DNA of 64,000 nt from a virus: the IMG/VR virus record IMGVR_UViG_2814123150_000002, positions 5,321 through 69,320 of that record; one strand, written 5' to 3'. Position 1 is the first letter of the stretch, and each line of letters starts with the position of its first letter. Below are positions 26,141 through 36,700 of the stretch, one piece after another. The notes under the pieces are model-generated. The model saw only the letters and a list, made by a program, of their open reading frames with translations, was not told where the DNA came from and ran no database searches. Position numbers and translations under genes: made by a program.

Positions 26141-29100
26141 ATGGCCGATCAACAAGTCCAGGGCATGTTGGTCCAGATCGAGGCTACTACGGCCCAGCTG
26201 CGCCGCGAACTGGCAAACGCTGATCAATTGGTGGCGCGCAGCACGCAGGCGATCGACCGTAATCTGGCCACCGTCGATTCCGCGTTCGATAGGGCGGGCG
26301 CGGCAGCGCAGTCAGCGGGTGTATTGATGCGCGGCGCCTTTGCAGCCGTGGCAGGCGCGGGCCTGATCGGCGGGATCATCAAGCAGGTGGATGCCTACGG
26401 GCAGATGTCCGACCGGATGAAGGCCGCCGCTGGCAGCGCCGCAGAATATCAGGTGGTGCAGGATCACCTGATGCGCACCGCGCAGGAGACGTACCGCCCA
26501 CTGGCAGAAGCGCAGGAGCTGTACATACGCACGGCGGACGTGATGCGCAGCCTGGGCTTCAACACCCAGCAGACGCTCGATATCACCGACAGTTTCAGCT
26601 TCCAGCTGGTGACCAACGCCGCGACCGCCGACAAAGCATCATCGGCGCTGGACGCCTATTCCAAGGCGCTGCAGACCGGCAAAATCGAAGCTGACGGCTG
26701 GGTGTCCATCCAGAGCGCAATGCCCACTATCGTGCAGGCGCTCGCCACCGGTACCGGCAAGAGCGCCGACGCCATCCGCAAGCTGGGCGTTGAAGGCAAA
26801 CTGTCGCTTGAAGACCTCAACAATGGCCTGCTGCGGACGGTCGAAGCCAACCGCAAAGCCGCTGCAGAGATGTCCACCAGCGTGCAGGACGCCCTGGTCA
26901 ACATCAGCAATGCCATCGGCACCTTCCTGGGCAACATGGAAGACCGCACCGGGGCGGTGGGCGGCCTGTCCAAGGTGCTGCTGGCCCTGGCCGACAACGT
27001 CGATCTAGTAGCGGTCGCAATGGGTGGCGCCGGTGCCGCAGCGCTAACCCTTTACGTGGCCAAGGCCGGGATGGCGGTAAAAGCTGCGCTGGCCCAGCGA
27101 ATAGCCGAAGTCGACAACGCCCGGGCTGCGATTCGCGGCGCAGAGGCCCAGCGTATCTACGCGCAGGCCCAACTGCAGCAGGCTGAGGCATCCGTCGCCG
27201 CGGCTACTGGCCTGCAGCGCCTTTCATTGGTGCAAACTCAGCTGCTACCGAAACAGGCAGCGCTCACAGCATCGACCGAAGCATTGGCCATTGCGCAGGC
27301 AAACCTGACCCGCGCTGCCACTGGCGGCCTACTGACGGCGTTGGGCGGGCCGATGGGGCTGGCGCTGCTCGCTGGTACCGCAGCGGCCAGCTTCCTGCTG
27401 CTGAGCGAGAACTCCGATGGCCTGGAGAAAAAACTGGGCGATCTGGCCGACCCGCTCGACAAGGTGGTGGAGCGTTTCGGGAAGTTGAACAGCGCCACCC
27501 AGGCGGTAGCACTCAGGGAGCTACAGGGCAAGCTTGACGACCTGCAGAGCCAGCTCGGGCAGACTGCCGGGGCCATTGCTGACAAGTTCGAGAATGATCT
27601 GCGCGGCCTTGGAGCTGCGGGTGTAGATGGCTTCATTGCCGGCCTGGCTCCAATGTCCAAGGAAGCGCAAAGAGCGCTCGACCTGGTCCGCGATGCCGCC
27701 AATCAAGCAGCAACCGGCGCCGTGGTGGATTGGAAGGCCGTAGCCGATGAAGTGCGGGGTATTCCTGGTGTCACCGAAGCGATGGCCCAGGCTATCGAGA
27801 CGGGTCAGATCAAAGCCTCGGATCTCAGCGCCGAGTTGGTGAACCTGCGCTCCAAGCTGGCAGAGCTGACTGGCGAAACCGATCGCAATACAGCTTCGAC
27901 TCAGGCTAACAATGCTGCAAAAGCCGGCATGAGCTCCGCCGGCGAGACCTACCTGGCCACCTTGCAGAAGCAGCTCGCAGGTCTTCAGGACAACGGCGAC
28001 GCAATCAAGATAGCCAACCGGCACATTGCCGAAAACGCTGACCTCACTGAAACAGACCGCCAGGCGATTCTGTCCGCCGCGAGCGCGATTGAGTCGCTGA
28101 AGAAGAAAAACAAAGACGCGACTCAAGGGAGCAAGGACCGAACCAAGTCCCTGAAGGACGAAATCAAGGCCCTCGATGCGATCATTGACCGTGCTCTGCC
28201 TGAGCGCAAACGTCTGGAAGACCTCAAGGAAGGTATTGATGGGCTGCGCAAGGCACAGGCAGGCGGAAAGATCACCGCGGCCGAGATGGAGCTGGGCATC
28301 AAAAACCTGAACGCGGCCTATGCAGCCCCGGCCATCCAAAAGCGTGCCGAGGAGGAAAGGAAGTTGGCGGAGGCGCGGCGAAACAGCGCCGAAGCCTACC
28401 GAAAGGCCATGGAGGTAGTCCTGCAGACACGTCAGGACGCTATCAATGCCGATGTGTCCGGTATCGGAATGGGCGATGACGAGCGCGACCAGGCTGAGCG
28501 CCTCAATAGCGTTCGGCAGAAATACGCCGAGGCCCGCCGGCAGCTGGAGGAACAGCAGGAGGATGTGTCCCGGCGATTGAGCCAGGACGCGTATCAGCAG
28601 CGCCTAGCGGATCTGGAGGATTTCCAGGCCCGCGAGCTGCAGATGGAAGTTGATGGCTACGACGCCAGGCTGGTGGCCCAGCAAGATTATCGAAACGGAG
28701 CTAAGCGAGCCTGGGCCAATATCCGGGCTGATGCTGCGAATGTGGCCGGCGCTACCGATGAAATGTTGACCACTGGCTTCAACACGGCCAGGGATGCCTT
28801 GGCAGACTTCGCCGTCACGGGCAAGGCCAACTTCAAGGACTTTGCCACCAGCGTGATTGCTGACATGGCCAGGATTGCCAGCCAGCAGGCCGCAAGCTCG
28901 TTGCTCAGCACTGTAGTGAACTGGGGCGTAACGGCAGCCGCGAACTACTACGGTGGTGGAGGAGGTAACGGCATGACGCCAGGCTCTGCCGGCGCCGTCT
29001 CATCCAATCTTGGCGCTTCTCAGGCCGGTTACTCGAGCGCTTATTTCCAGGCTCAGGGCGGCGCCTGGGATGGTGGCGTGCAGATGTTCGCCAAAGGTGG

Positions 29101-29452
29101 GGCCTTTGCTACCAACAGCGTGTTAACCAAGCCGACTGGCTTTGCTATGGCAGGCGGTGGCCTGGGTGTCGCTGGGGAGGCCGGTCCCGAAGCCATCATG
29201 CCGCTGGCCCGTGGGGCTGATGGGTCACTGGGCGTACAAATGGTGGGCGGGGGCGGTGGCTCGACAATCGTGCAAGTCAGCGTTCCGGTGGCCGTCGCCT
29301 TGGAAGACCGAAGCTCTGAAAGTATGGAGCTGGACCCCGCAGCATTCCAGCAAAACATGGAGCGGCAGATGCAGGGGGTAGCCGAACGAGCTATCGCCTC
29401 ATCCTGGCGCCCTGGCGGCGTCAGCCACCGAAACACGACCGGGAGGCGCTGA
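26141..29452 (+). CDS. Tape measure protein
   Basis: ~1100 aa Ala-rich helical; lambda-type C-terminus, GEAGPEAIMPL. Confidence 0.95.
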   Translation: MADQQVQGMLVQIEATTAQLRRELANADQLVARSTQAIDRNLATVDSAFDRAGAAAQSAGVLMRGAFAAVAGAGLIGGIIKQVDAYGQMSDRMKAAAGSAAEYQVVQDHLMRTAQETYRPLAEAQELYIRTADVMRSLGFNTQQTLDITDSFSFQLVTNAATADKASSALDAYSKALQTGKIEADGWVSIQSAMPTIVQALATGTGKSADAIRKLGVEGKLSLEDLNNGLLRTVEANRKAAAEMSTSVQDALVNISNAIGTFLGNMEDRTGAVGGLSKVLLALADNVDLVAVAMGGAGAAALTLYVAKAGMAVKAALAQRIAEVDNARAAIRGAEAQRIYAQAQLQQAEASVAAATGLQRLSLVQTQLLPKQAALTASTEALAIAQANLTRAATGGLLTALGGPMGLALLAGTAAASFLLLSENSDGLEKKLGDLADPLDKVVERFGKLNSATQAVALRELQGKLDDLQSQLGQTAGAIADKFENDLRGLGAAGVDGFIAGLAPMSKEAQRALDLVRDAANQAATGAVVDWKAVADEVRGIPGVTEAMAQAIETGQIKASDLSAELVNLRSKLAELTGETDRNTASTQANNAAKAGMSSAGETYLATLQKQLAGLQDNGDAIKIANRHIAENADLTETDRQAILSAASAIESLKKKNKDATQGSKDRTKSLKDEIKALDAIIDRALPERKRLEDLKEGIDGLRKAQAGGKITAAEMELGIKNLNAAYAAPAIQKRAEEERKLAEARRNSAEAYRKAMEVVLQTRQDAINADVSGIGMGDDERDQAERLNSVRQKYAEARRQLEEQQEDVSRRLSQDAYQQRLADLEDFQARELQMEVDGYDARLVAQQDYRNGAKRAWANIRADAANVAGATDEMLTTGFNTARDALADFAVTGKANFKDFATSVIADMARIASQQAASSLLSTVVNWGVTAAANYYGGGGGNGMTPGSAGAVSSNLGASQAGYSSAYFQAQGGAWDGGVQMFAKGGAFATNSVLTKPTGFAMAGGGLGVAGEAGPEAIMPLARGADGSLGVQMVGGGGGSTIVQVSVPVAVALEDRSSESMELDPAAFQQNMERQMQGVAERAIASSWRPGGVSHRNTTGRR

Positions 29453-29790
29453 TGGCTATCGAGACGTTCACATGGGTGCCCGATGACGAGGCAAGCGGAG
29501 ATAGCGAGCTTCGGACCAGGAAGTCCCAGTTCGGCGACAACTACGCCCAGGTAACAAGCGATGGGCTCAACGGCGAAACGGACAGCTGGGATCTGACATT
29601 CGGCGGGCTTGTCTCGGAGATTACTCCGATCCTTGCATTCATCCGCCGCCACCAGGGCGCCAAGTCGTTTTTGTGGACCAATCCGGAAGAAGTGCTGGGT
29701 CTGTACCGCTGCGAGAAGTTTCGGCAGATGCGTAAGCCCGGCGGCATCACCGTACTTACTGCCACCTTCGAAAGAGCATTTCATCCATGA
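29452..29790 (+). CDS. Minor tail protein M-like
   Basis: FGDNYAQ..DGLN; SFLWT. Confidence 0.88.
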   Translation: MAIETFTWVPDDEASGDSELRTRKSQFGDNYAQVTSDGLNGETDSWDLTFGGLVSEITPILAFIRRHQGAKSFLWTNPEEVLGLYRCEKFRQMRKPGGITVLTATFERAFHP

Positions 29791-30536
29791 GCCTGATCAC
29801 CCAACTACAGAAGCTTGAACCAGGGGCTGAGATACTGCTTTTCGAGCTCGACGGTACGGACTTCGGGGCTGACGTGCTGCGATTCCATGGGCACGCCATT
29901 CCTCACACTCCCGACGAGCTGCGAGCAGCCGGTACCAATGCTGACCAGCTGCCGGCAAAGTCCATCTGGTGGCAGGGTAGCGAGTACAGCGCCTGGCCAG
30001 TGCAAATTGAAGGGATCGAAGCGAACTCGGATGGCACTGCAGTCCGCCCGACGTTCAGTGCGGGTAACGTGAATGGCCGGATCACCGCGCTGTGCTTGGC
30101 CTTCGACAACCTGCTCGAATTCAAGCTGACCATGCGGCACACCTTCGCCGAGTACCTGGACGCTGCGAATTTTGCCGGCGGCAACCCCTCCGCAGATCCG
30201 GCAGAGGAGGCGATCGAAGTCTGGTATATCGATCAGAAGGTGTCCGAAAGCGGCACCACCGTAGCCTGGGAGCTCGCAAGCCCGGGCGATGTGGGTGGCG
30301 AAACGATTGGGCGTCAGATGACGCAGCTATGCCATTGGGCGATGACGGCAGGGTACCGGGGGCCGAACTGTGGCTACACCGGGCCCTACTACGACATGGA
30401 CGGAAACCCTACGTCAGACCCAGCCAAGGACCAATGCAACGGCTGCCTGGACACCGGCTGCACCGTCCGGCATGGCCAGGGCAACGAACTTCCCTTCGGC
30501 GGCTTCCCTGCCGTCTCGCTGATCGCCCGGAGCTGA
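29787..30536 (+). CDS. Minor tail protein L
   Basis: Cys cluster, LPFGGFPA. Confidence 0.92.
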   Translation: MSLITQLQKLEPGAEILLFELDGTDFGADVLRFHGHAIPHTPDELRAAGTNADQLPAKSIWWQGSEYSAWPVQIEGIEANSDGTAVRPTFSAGNVNGRITALCLAFDNLLEFKLTMRHTFAEYLDAANFAGGNPSADPAEEAIEVWYIDQKVSESGTTVAWELASPGDVGGETIGRQMTQLCHWAMTAGYRGPNCGYTGPYYDMDGNPTSDPAKDQCNGCLDTGCTVRHGQGNELPFGGFPAVSLIARS

Positions 30537-30538
30537 CC

Positions 30539-31294
30539 ATGCGCAAACACATCCTCGCCGCCGTGCAGGCGCACGCAGCGGCTGAATACCCACGTGAGTG
30601 CTGCGGCCTGCTGCTGCAGGTTGGCCGAAGGCAGGTCTATCACCCTTGCACCAACGCGTCCAACGACCCGACTGAGGAATTCCGGATTGCACCAGAGCAC
30701 TACGCCGAGGCGGAAGACCTGGGCGAGGTGATTGGAATCGTTCACTCGCACCCTGACGCCACTAGCAGGCCGTCGCCGCGCGATCTAGCCATGTGCGAAG
30801 CCACTGGGCTGCCTTGGCACATTCTGTCTTGGCCAGAGGGTGACCTGCGCACGATCACGCCAACCGGCAGCACTCCGCTGCTAGGGCGCCCGTTCGTGCA
30901 CGGGGCATGGGACTGCTGGCAGACCTGCGCCGATTGGTACAAGCGTGAATGGGGGTTGGAATTTCCCGCCTACGCTCGAGAGGAGGGCTGGTGGGAGAAC
31001 GCTGACGGCCCGAGCCTGTACGAGCAGGCATATGAGGCTGCCGGCTTCTACCAAGTCGGCGAGCCGCAGCGTGGTGACCTGATCGTCATGGCGGTAGGGC
31101 GCACTGCTCACCCCAACCATGCGGGCATTTACCTCGCTGACAGTGCCCAACTACCACGCGAGGTAGCCCAGGTATTTGGGCCGGGCCCATTCATGCTGCA
31201 CCACCTGCTGGGGCGGCCATCGGAAATCATCGTGTTCGGCGGGCCCTGGCTCGAGCGGACGCGCCTTGTGTTGCGTCATCGGGACGCGCTATGA
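30539..31294 (+). CDS. Tail assembly protein K (JAB + NlpC/P60)
   Basis: YPRECCG, HSHPD, DCW, NHAGIY. Confidence 0.92.
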   Translation: MRKHILAAVQAHAAAEYPRECCGLLLQVGRRQVYHPCTNASNDPTEEFRIAPEHYAEAEDLGEVIGIVHSHPDATSRPSPRDLAMCEATGLPWHILSWPEGDLRTITPTGSTPLLGRPFVHGAWDCWQTCADWYKREWGLEFPAYAREEGWWENADGPSLYEQAYEAAGFYQVGEPQRGDLIVMAVGRTAHPNHAGIYLADSAQLPREVAQVFGPGPFMLHHLLGRPSEIIVFGGPWLERTRLVLRHRDAL

Positions 31295-31483
31295 AGCGGC
31301 TCGGCCGTTAGGGGGGGCAGCATGAGCAATCAGAAGGCGGACGCGGTTGCGGTAAGCAGCCTCGAAACGAGGATCGACCCAAGCGCCAGAGTTGTTCCTG
31401 TGAGGCCTACGGTGCCCTGCAATTGGGATGACTGCGAAGTCATCCCCTTGAAGCAGAACGGGCCTTGGGATGCCAGAGAGCTG

Positions 31484-32005
31484 CTATTCGTCGAGCTTAG
31501 TAGTGAACTCAAATCTGAAGGTGTTTGAATCGAAATCCATCACAAGAATACCGTTGCTTAGCAGCTGCATCCCCAGGATCAGGTCGTATTTTCTCCCGTT
31601 CTGCCTTAGCGGGGCGGATGTGAAGAGTGCGCCTTGGGTGCTGTGGCCCGTGTCGTCGCACAATTTGAAAAGAGCCGGATAGACAGCTTGCTGCTGCGTG
31701 CTTGTTGCCCCACTCACTGTCGCGCTTTCGTTTGTTGCAAAGCCATGCTGTGAAGCGAAATCTTCATCGATATACAGCAAATCAGCGCCGGTATCGATGA
31801 GAGCTAAAGCATCTATCGCTTCCTTGGAAGGGTCAGACTTGAGGCGATCTTCCAAAAAAGCGGGCCTAATAGAAACTCGTACTATCGGAACTAAGTGATT
31901 GTCGCGGGGGGTGGGGGATAGGGTTAGGTCAGGCCTTAGAAAGAAAACGGGTGATCCAGCTCTTATCACGGACGCAAGGCTAGAGCTAACTTCGGTAGTC
32001 GTCAT
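31484..32005 (-). CDS. Retropepsin-like aspartyl protease (moron)
   Basis: ALIDTGAD and LILGMQLL motifs. Confidence 0.8.
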   Translation of the reverse strand: MTTTEVSSSLASVIRAGSPVFFLRPDLTLSPTPRDNHLVPIVRVSIRPAFLEDRLKSDPSKEAIDALALIDTGADLLYIDEDFASQHGFATNESATVSGATSTQQQAVYPALFKLCDDTGHSTQGALFTSAPLRQNGRKYDLILGMQLLSNGILVMDFDSNTFRFEFTTKLDE

Positions 32006-32109
32006 GACTTTCTCGTATGGTGTGCCACCAGTCCATGGGCTGTCCCGCAACGGACCGGGGCGGGTCGTTGGGAGGCACAACGCTACTACGGCAGGATGCC
32101 GGGCGGTTA

Positions 32110-32125
32110 CTGGGGATGCGTCCAG
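32110..32125. promoter_or_regulatory. LexA-like box in a conserved intergenic element
   Basis: CTG-gggatgcgtc-CAG. Confidence 0.5.
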
Positions 32126-32200
32126 GGTGGATAGGCGGACAGGGTTGCCTTAATTTTCGATGATGCTAATGTGCCATGGTTTACGCATGGAGCAATGTAT

Positions 32201-32608
32201 ATGGTAGGCAAGACCGAGCTTCGCCAAGCATCAGATCACGAAATCGAAGTTTTAGAAGCCTTGCTTGGTCAGGACGTTGATAATTCAGTCAAAGCAGTTC
32301 GGAACGGATCTGGTCTTCTTGGTGAGACCGTATTCGCAATCTTGCATGAAGGGCAATATGCTGGATTCTGCACCTTCAGAAGCATATCGGACGAAATTTT
32401 CCCACTGGTGATTTTCAAGCCGTATCGTCGCAAAGGTGTTGGATCTGCGGCCATGCAACAGCTGATTCCATTACTGAAGCAAAATCAAGTGCAAGAGGTG
32501 GCCATTGAAGTTCTACCGGGAGCCGAGTCCTTCTGGCAAAAGGTATTTGCAGGCTTTCATGCCACCTCAAATTACGACGGATCGAAATTCACATACGCCC
32601 TCTGCTGA
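32201..32608 (+). CDS. GNAT N-acetyltransferase (moron)
   Basis: YRRKGVGS motif A; AESFWQK. Confidence 0.82.
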   Translation: MVGKTELRQASDHEIEVLEALLGQDVDNSVKAVRNGSGLLGETVFAILHEGQYAGFCTFRSISDEIFPLVIFKPYRRKGVGSAAMQQLIPLLKQNQVQEVAIEVLPGAESFWQKVFAGFHATSNYDGSKFTYALC

Positions 32609-32705
32609 ACTCGTTCTAAAGCCCAGCCCCGCGCTGGGCTTTTTGCATCTGCACCGGCCCAGGCTGCGCTGTGGTAGATTCCCCCGATCATCAAGGAGGG
32701 ATCAC

Positions 32706-33125
32706 ATGCGAATTTTGATCGGTGCACTTGGGCTGGCTTTGCTGGCGGGGTGTGCCACCTCACCCGTTCCACTGAGCCAAGCTAAGCAGGCGCCAAGTGA
32801 TCGGGTTACGGGATATCAGTCCAGAGTGACCGGGGGTGGGCAGATCATTGTCACCCGTGACAGCGGATTTCCGGGGGGTGGCTGCTATGCCACAGTGTTC
32901 ATCAACGGCGAGCCTGTTGCGCGGCTAAATCCCAAGGAAAAGGCTTACTTCAACGTTCCGGCAGGGGAGTGGATGGTCGGTGCCTCCCTGGAAGGCAAAG
33001 CACTTTGCGGTATGAACGCAGAACGTCTTGAAACAGAGGCTTCGATTAAGCCTGGCCAAACCAAAAAGTATCGTATCTACACCTCCGGAGATGGAGGTGT
33101 GAGCGTCAAGCCCACTACCTTTTAA
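32706..33125 (+). CDS. Lipoprotein moron
   Basis: MRILIGALGLALLAGC lipobox. Confidence 0.85.
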   Translation: MRILIGALGLALLAGCATSPVPLSQAKQAPSDRVTGYQSRVTGGGQIIVTRDSGFPGGGCYATVFINGEPVARLNPKEKAYFNVPAGEWMVGASLEGKALCGMNAERLETEASIKPGQTKKYRIYTSGDGGVSVKPTTF

Positions 33126-33165
33126 ACAGCCGCCTCCGGGCGGCTTTTTCATGTCTGGAGGAAAA

Positions 33166-33741
33166 ATGTCGGCACTCGCCCAGCATCGTGTAAACATCAA
33201 ACTGTCAGGCTCGCTGGCGCAGAAATTTGGCAGATCCCACCCAAAAATTCTGGATTCGGGTAATACATGGGAGGCGTTCAAGGCCTTAAAGATAACCCTC
33301 CCAGGGTTCGAGGATGAGATCAAAAGGCTCGACCGGTTAGGCATGAGATTCGCCATCTTCCGCAATAGAAGAAACGTTGGTGAAAAGGAATTTGATCGAA
33401 GCGGAGCACAGGAAATCAGGATCGTCCCTGTTGTCGAGGGGAGTAAGCGCGCCGGCGTACTGCAGACGATTATTGGCATAGTCCTGATCGTTGCAGGATT
33501 CTTCTACGCTCCCTTGATGCCGGTTGGTATTGCCATGGTTGCCGGCGGAGTCGTTCAAATGCTCAGCCCCCAGGCCAAAGGCCTATCCCAAAGCGCAGCG
33601 CCAGAAAACCTACCGTCGTACGCCTTCGGCAGCGCCAAGAACACCACAGCCAGCGGCAACCCCGTCCCGATCTGCATCGGCGAACGACGCTGGGGCGGGG
33701 CGATCATCTCCGCCTCGATTGAGGCGCAGGACAAGGCATAG
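33166..33741 (+). CDS. Tail assembly protein I
   Basis: IRIVPVVEGSK, SYAF..NT...GNPVP. Confidence 0.92.
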   Translation: MSALAQHRVNIKLSGSLAQKFGRSHPKILDSGNTWEAFKALKITLPGFEDEIKRLDRLGMRFAIFRNRRNVGEKEFDRSGAQEIRIVPVVEGSKRAGVLQTIIGIVLIVAGFFYAPLMPVGIAMVAGGVVQMLSPQAKGLSQSAAPENLPSYAFGSAKNTTASGNPVPICIGERRWGGAIISASIEAQDKA

Positions 33742-33797
33742 CACCAAAAGAATGAACAGACCGCCAGTTGGCGGTTTTTTTTCGCCCGGAGGAAAGC

Positions 33798-36700
33798 ATG
33801 GGCCCAGTAGATCACCTGGAAATTGTCGGCGCTAAAGGCGGCGAGAGCCAGCCAAAGCAGGCAGTGGAATCGCCGGACAGCTTGCGCTCGACGAACATCG
33901 CCAAGATCCTGCTGGCTGTGGGCGAAGGCGAATTCGATGGGGTGCCCACCGACCGGGACATCTACCTCGACAACACCCCGATCGCTGACGCCAGCGGCAA
34001 TGTGAACTTCCCAGGTGTGAAATGGGAGTGGCGCCCGGGCTCCGTTGAGCAGGGTTACATCCAAGGCATCCCGTCGGTGGAGAATGAAACTTCCGTCAAC
34101 GTTGAGCTGCGCAGTGACAACCCGTTCACTCGCGCCCTGAGCAACACCCAGCTCTCGGCTGTTCGCGTGCGCATGTCCTGGCCACGCCTGGCCAAGCAGG
34201 AAAGTAACGGCGACACCATCGGCTATCGCATCGAGTACGCGATCGATATCGCTACAGACGGTGGCGCTTATGTCGAGGCTCATGTTGGCGCCGTGGATGG
34301 CAAGTCCACCAACGGCTACCAGCGCTCGGTGCGCGTGAATCTGCCCAAGGCAACTTCCGGGTGGATGCTGCGCGTGCGCCGACTCACGCCGAACGCTAAC
34401 AGCGGTACCGTGGCCGATACCATGACCGTGGCGGGCTACACCGAGATCATCGATCAGAAGATCCGGTACCCGAATACCGCCTTGCTGTACATCGAGTTCG
34501 ATGCCCAGCAGTTCCAGAACATCCCGGCGGTGACGGTGAAATGCAAGGCCAAGCGCTGGCCGGTACCGAGCACTTATGATCCGATCACCCGCACCTACAG
34601 CGGTGTTTGGGATGGCACGTTTAAGCTGGCCTGGACCAACAACCCTGCCTTCGTGACCTATGGTTTGTGCGTGGAAGACCGCTTCGGCCTTGGCAAGCGC
34701 ATCAAGCCGTGGATGGTCGACAAGTGGGAGATGTATCGCATCGCCCAGTACTGCGACCAGCTTGTGCCGAATGGCGTTGGCGGGCAGGAGCCGCGCTTCC
34801 TCTGTGACATGAACCTGCAGGGCCGTGCCGAAGCCTGGACGCTGCTGCGGGACCTGTCGGCGATCTATCGGGGCATGGTGTATTGGGCCCACGGTTCGCT
34901 GTTCATGCAGGCGGACATGCCGCGCGCGCAGGACATCGACTACGTCTTCACCCGGTCGAACGTGATTGACGGTGAGTTCGTGTATGGCGGCGCCGAGCGC
35001 AGCACGCACTACAGCCGTGCTCTGGTCAGCTACGACAACCCGGCCAACAACTACGACACCGACGTTATTCCGGTGACAGATAACGCACTGCAGCGCCGGT
35101 ACCGGGACCGCCCAATCGAGCTGTCCGCGATCGGCTGCACCCGGGCATCTGAGGCTCAGCGCCGCGGTAAATGGGCGCTGCTGAGCAATAGCCAGGATCG
35201 CACCGTCACGTTCAAGACCGGCATGGAGGGCCGTATTCCACTGCCTGGGTTCGTCATCCCAGTAGCGGACGAGTTGGTAGCAGGCCGCCCAAACGGCGGG
35301 CGCATCTCCTCGGCTGCTGGCCGCGTTGTGACGCTGGACCGTGACACGCCGATCAAGGCCGGCGACCGGCTGATCGTGAACCTGCCCAACGGTACCGCCC
35401 AGGCGCGGACCGTGCACTCCGTCGCGGGACGGGCGGTGACCGTCACCACTGAATACAGCCTGCAACCCGAACCAGAATTGCAGTGGGCGATCGACTACGA
35501 CGACCTGGCCGTACAGCTGTTCCGGGTGCTCAAGACCACTCGTACCCAGGAGGGAAACTACGAAATCACCGCGCTCGAGTTCAACCCGAGCAAGTTTCCT
35601 GCGATCGACACCGGTGCGAAGCTGGATGAGCGTCCGATCAGCGTCATCCCGGTGACCACCGTGGCGCCTCCGGCCAGCGTATCGCTGTCGTCCGGCCACA
35701 TGATCGACCAGGGCATCGCGGTCAGCACCATGACCATCGCCTGGCCGGCAGTGGCGGGCGCCGTTGCCTACGATGTCGAGTGGCGCAAGGACAATGGCAA
35801 CTGGGTCCGCTTGCAGCGCACCGGTGCCGCGTCTGTGGACGTGGTCGGTATCTACGCCGGCGCGTACTTGGCCCGCGTCCGTTCGGTCAGTGCATTCGAT
35901 ATCACCTCTATCTGGAAAAGCTCGAACCTGACCCAGCTGAGCGGCAAGGAAGGTTTGCCGCCGGCGGTTACGTTCCTGACCACCGAGAGCTTGCTGTTTG
36001 GTATCGGCATCAAGTGGGGGCTGCCTGCCGGCGCCGAAGACACCGAGCGCACTGAACTATGGTACAGCGAAGGTACCGACCTCGGCGCGGCAACCAAACT
36101 TGCCGACCTGGCCTACCCGCAGAGCGAGCACGTCATGCAAGGCCTGCGCGCCGGTCAGCGCTTCTTCTTCTGGGCGCGCCTGGTGGACCGGTCCGGCAAT
36201 GTGGGGCCGTTCTTCCCTGTGGCGCCGACCGTGGTTACTGGCATCGCCAGTGCCGATGCTGGTCCGATCCTCGAGCAGATTAAGGACCAGATCACCGAGA
36301 GTGAACTGGGCAAGGAGCTCACCAGCAAGATCGAGAAAATCGCGCTTATTGATGGAAACGGCCCAGGCTCGGTCAACGAGCGGATCGGCACCGCCAAGAC
36401 CGAGCTGGCCAAGCAAATCAGCGACGTGAACAACGCCCTTGGTACCGTCAAGGGGAACCTCGAGCAGCAGATCACTGCCGTGAGCGCGGACGTTTCCGCC
36501 GCCAAGACCGAGTTGCAGCAGCAGATCGCGAACGTCTCGGCTCTGGCCGGCTCGCTGCCGTATCGCAAGGACAAGGCCTACACCGTGGGCCAAAGCGCCC
36601 TAGGCAGTGATGGTAAGCTCTACCAGGCCCTGAAAGCGGTACCCCTGAACACGCCACCGCCGAACGCCACCTACTGGACCGATGTTGGCCAGGCGGTAGT

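Noticed and set aside
31322..31528. 68-aa ORF after gene K
   Set aside because: Overlaps the 3' end of the convergent protease gene and has no motif; coding status uncertain.
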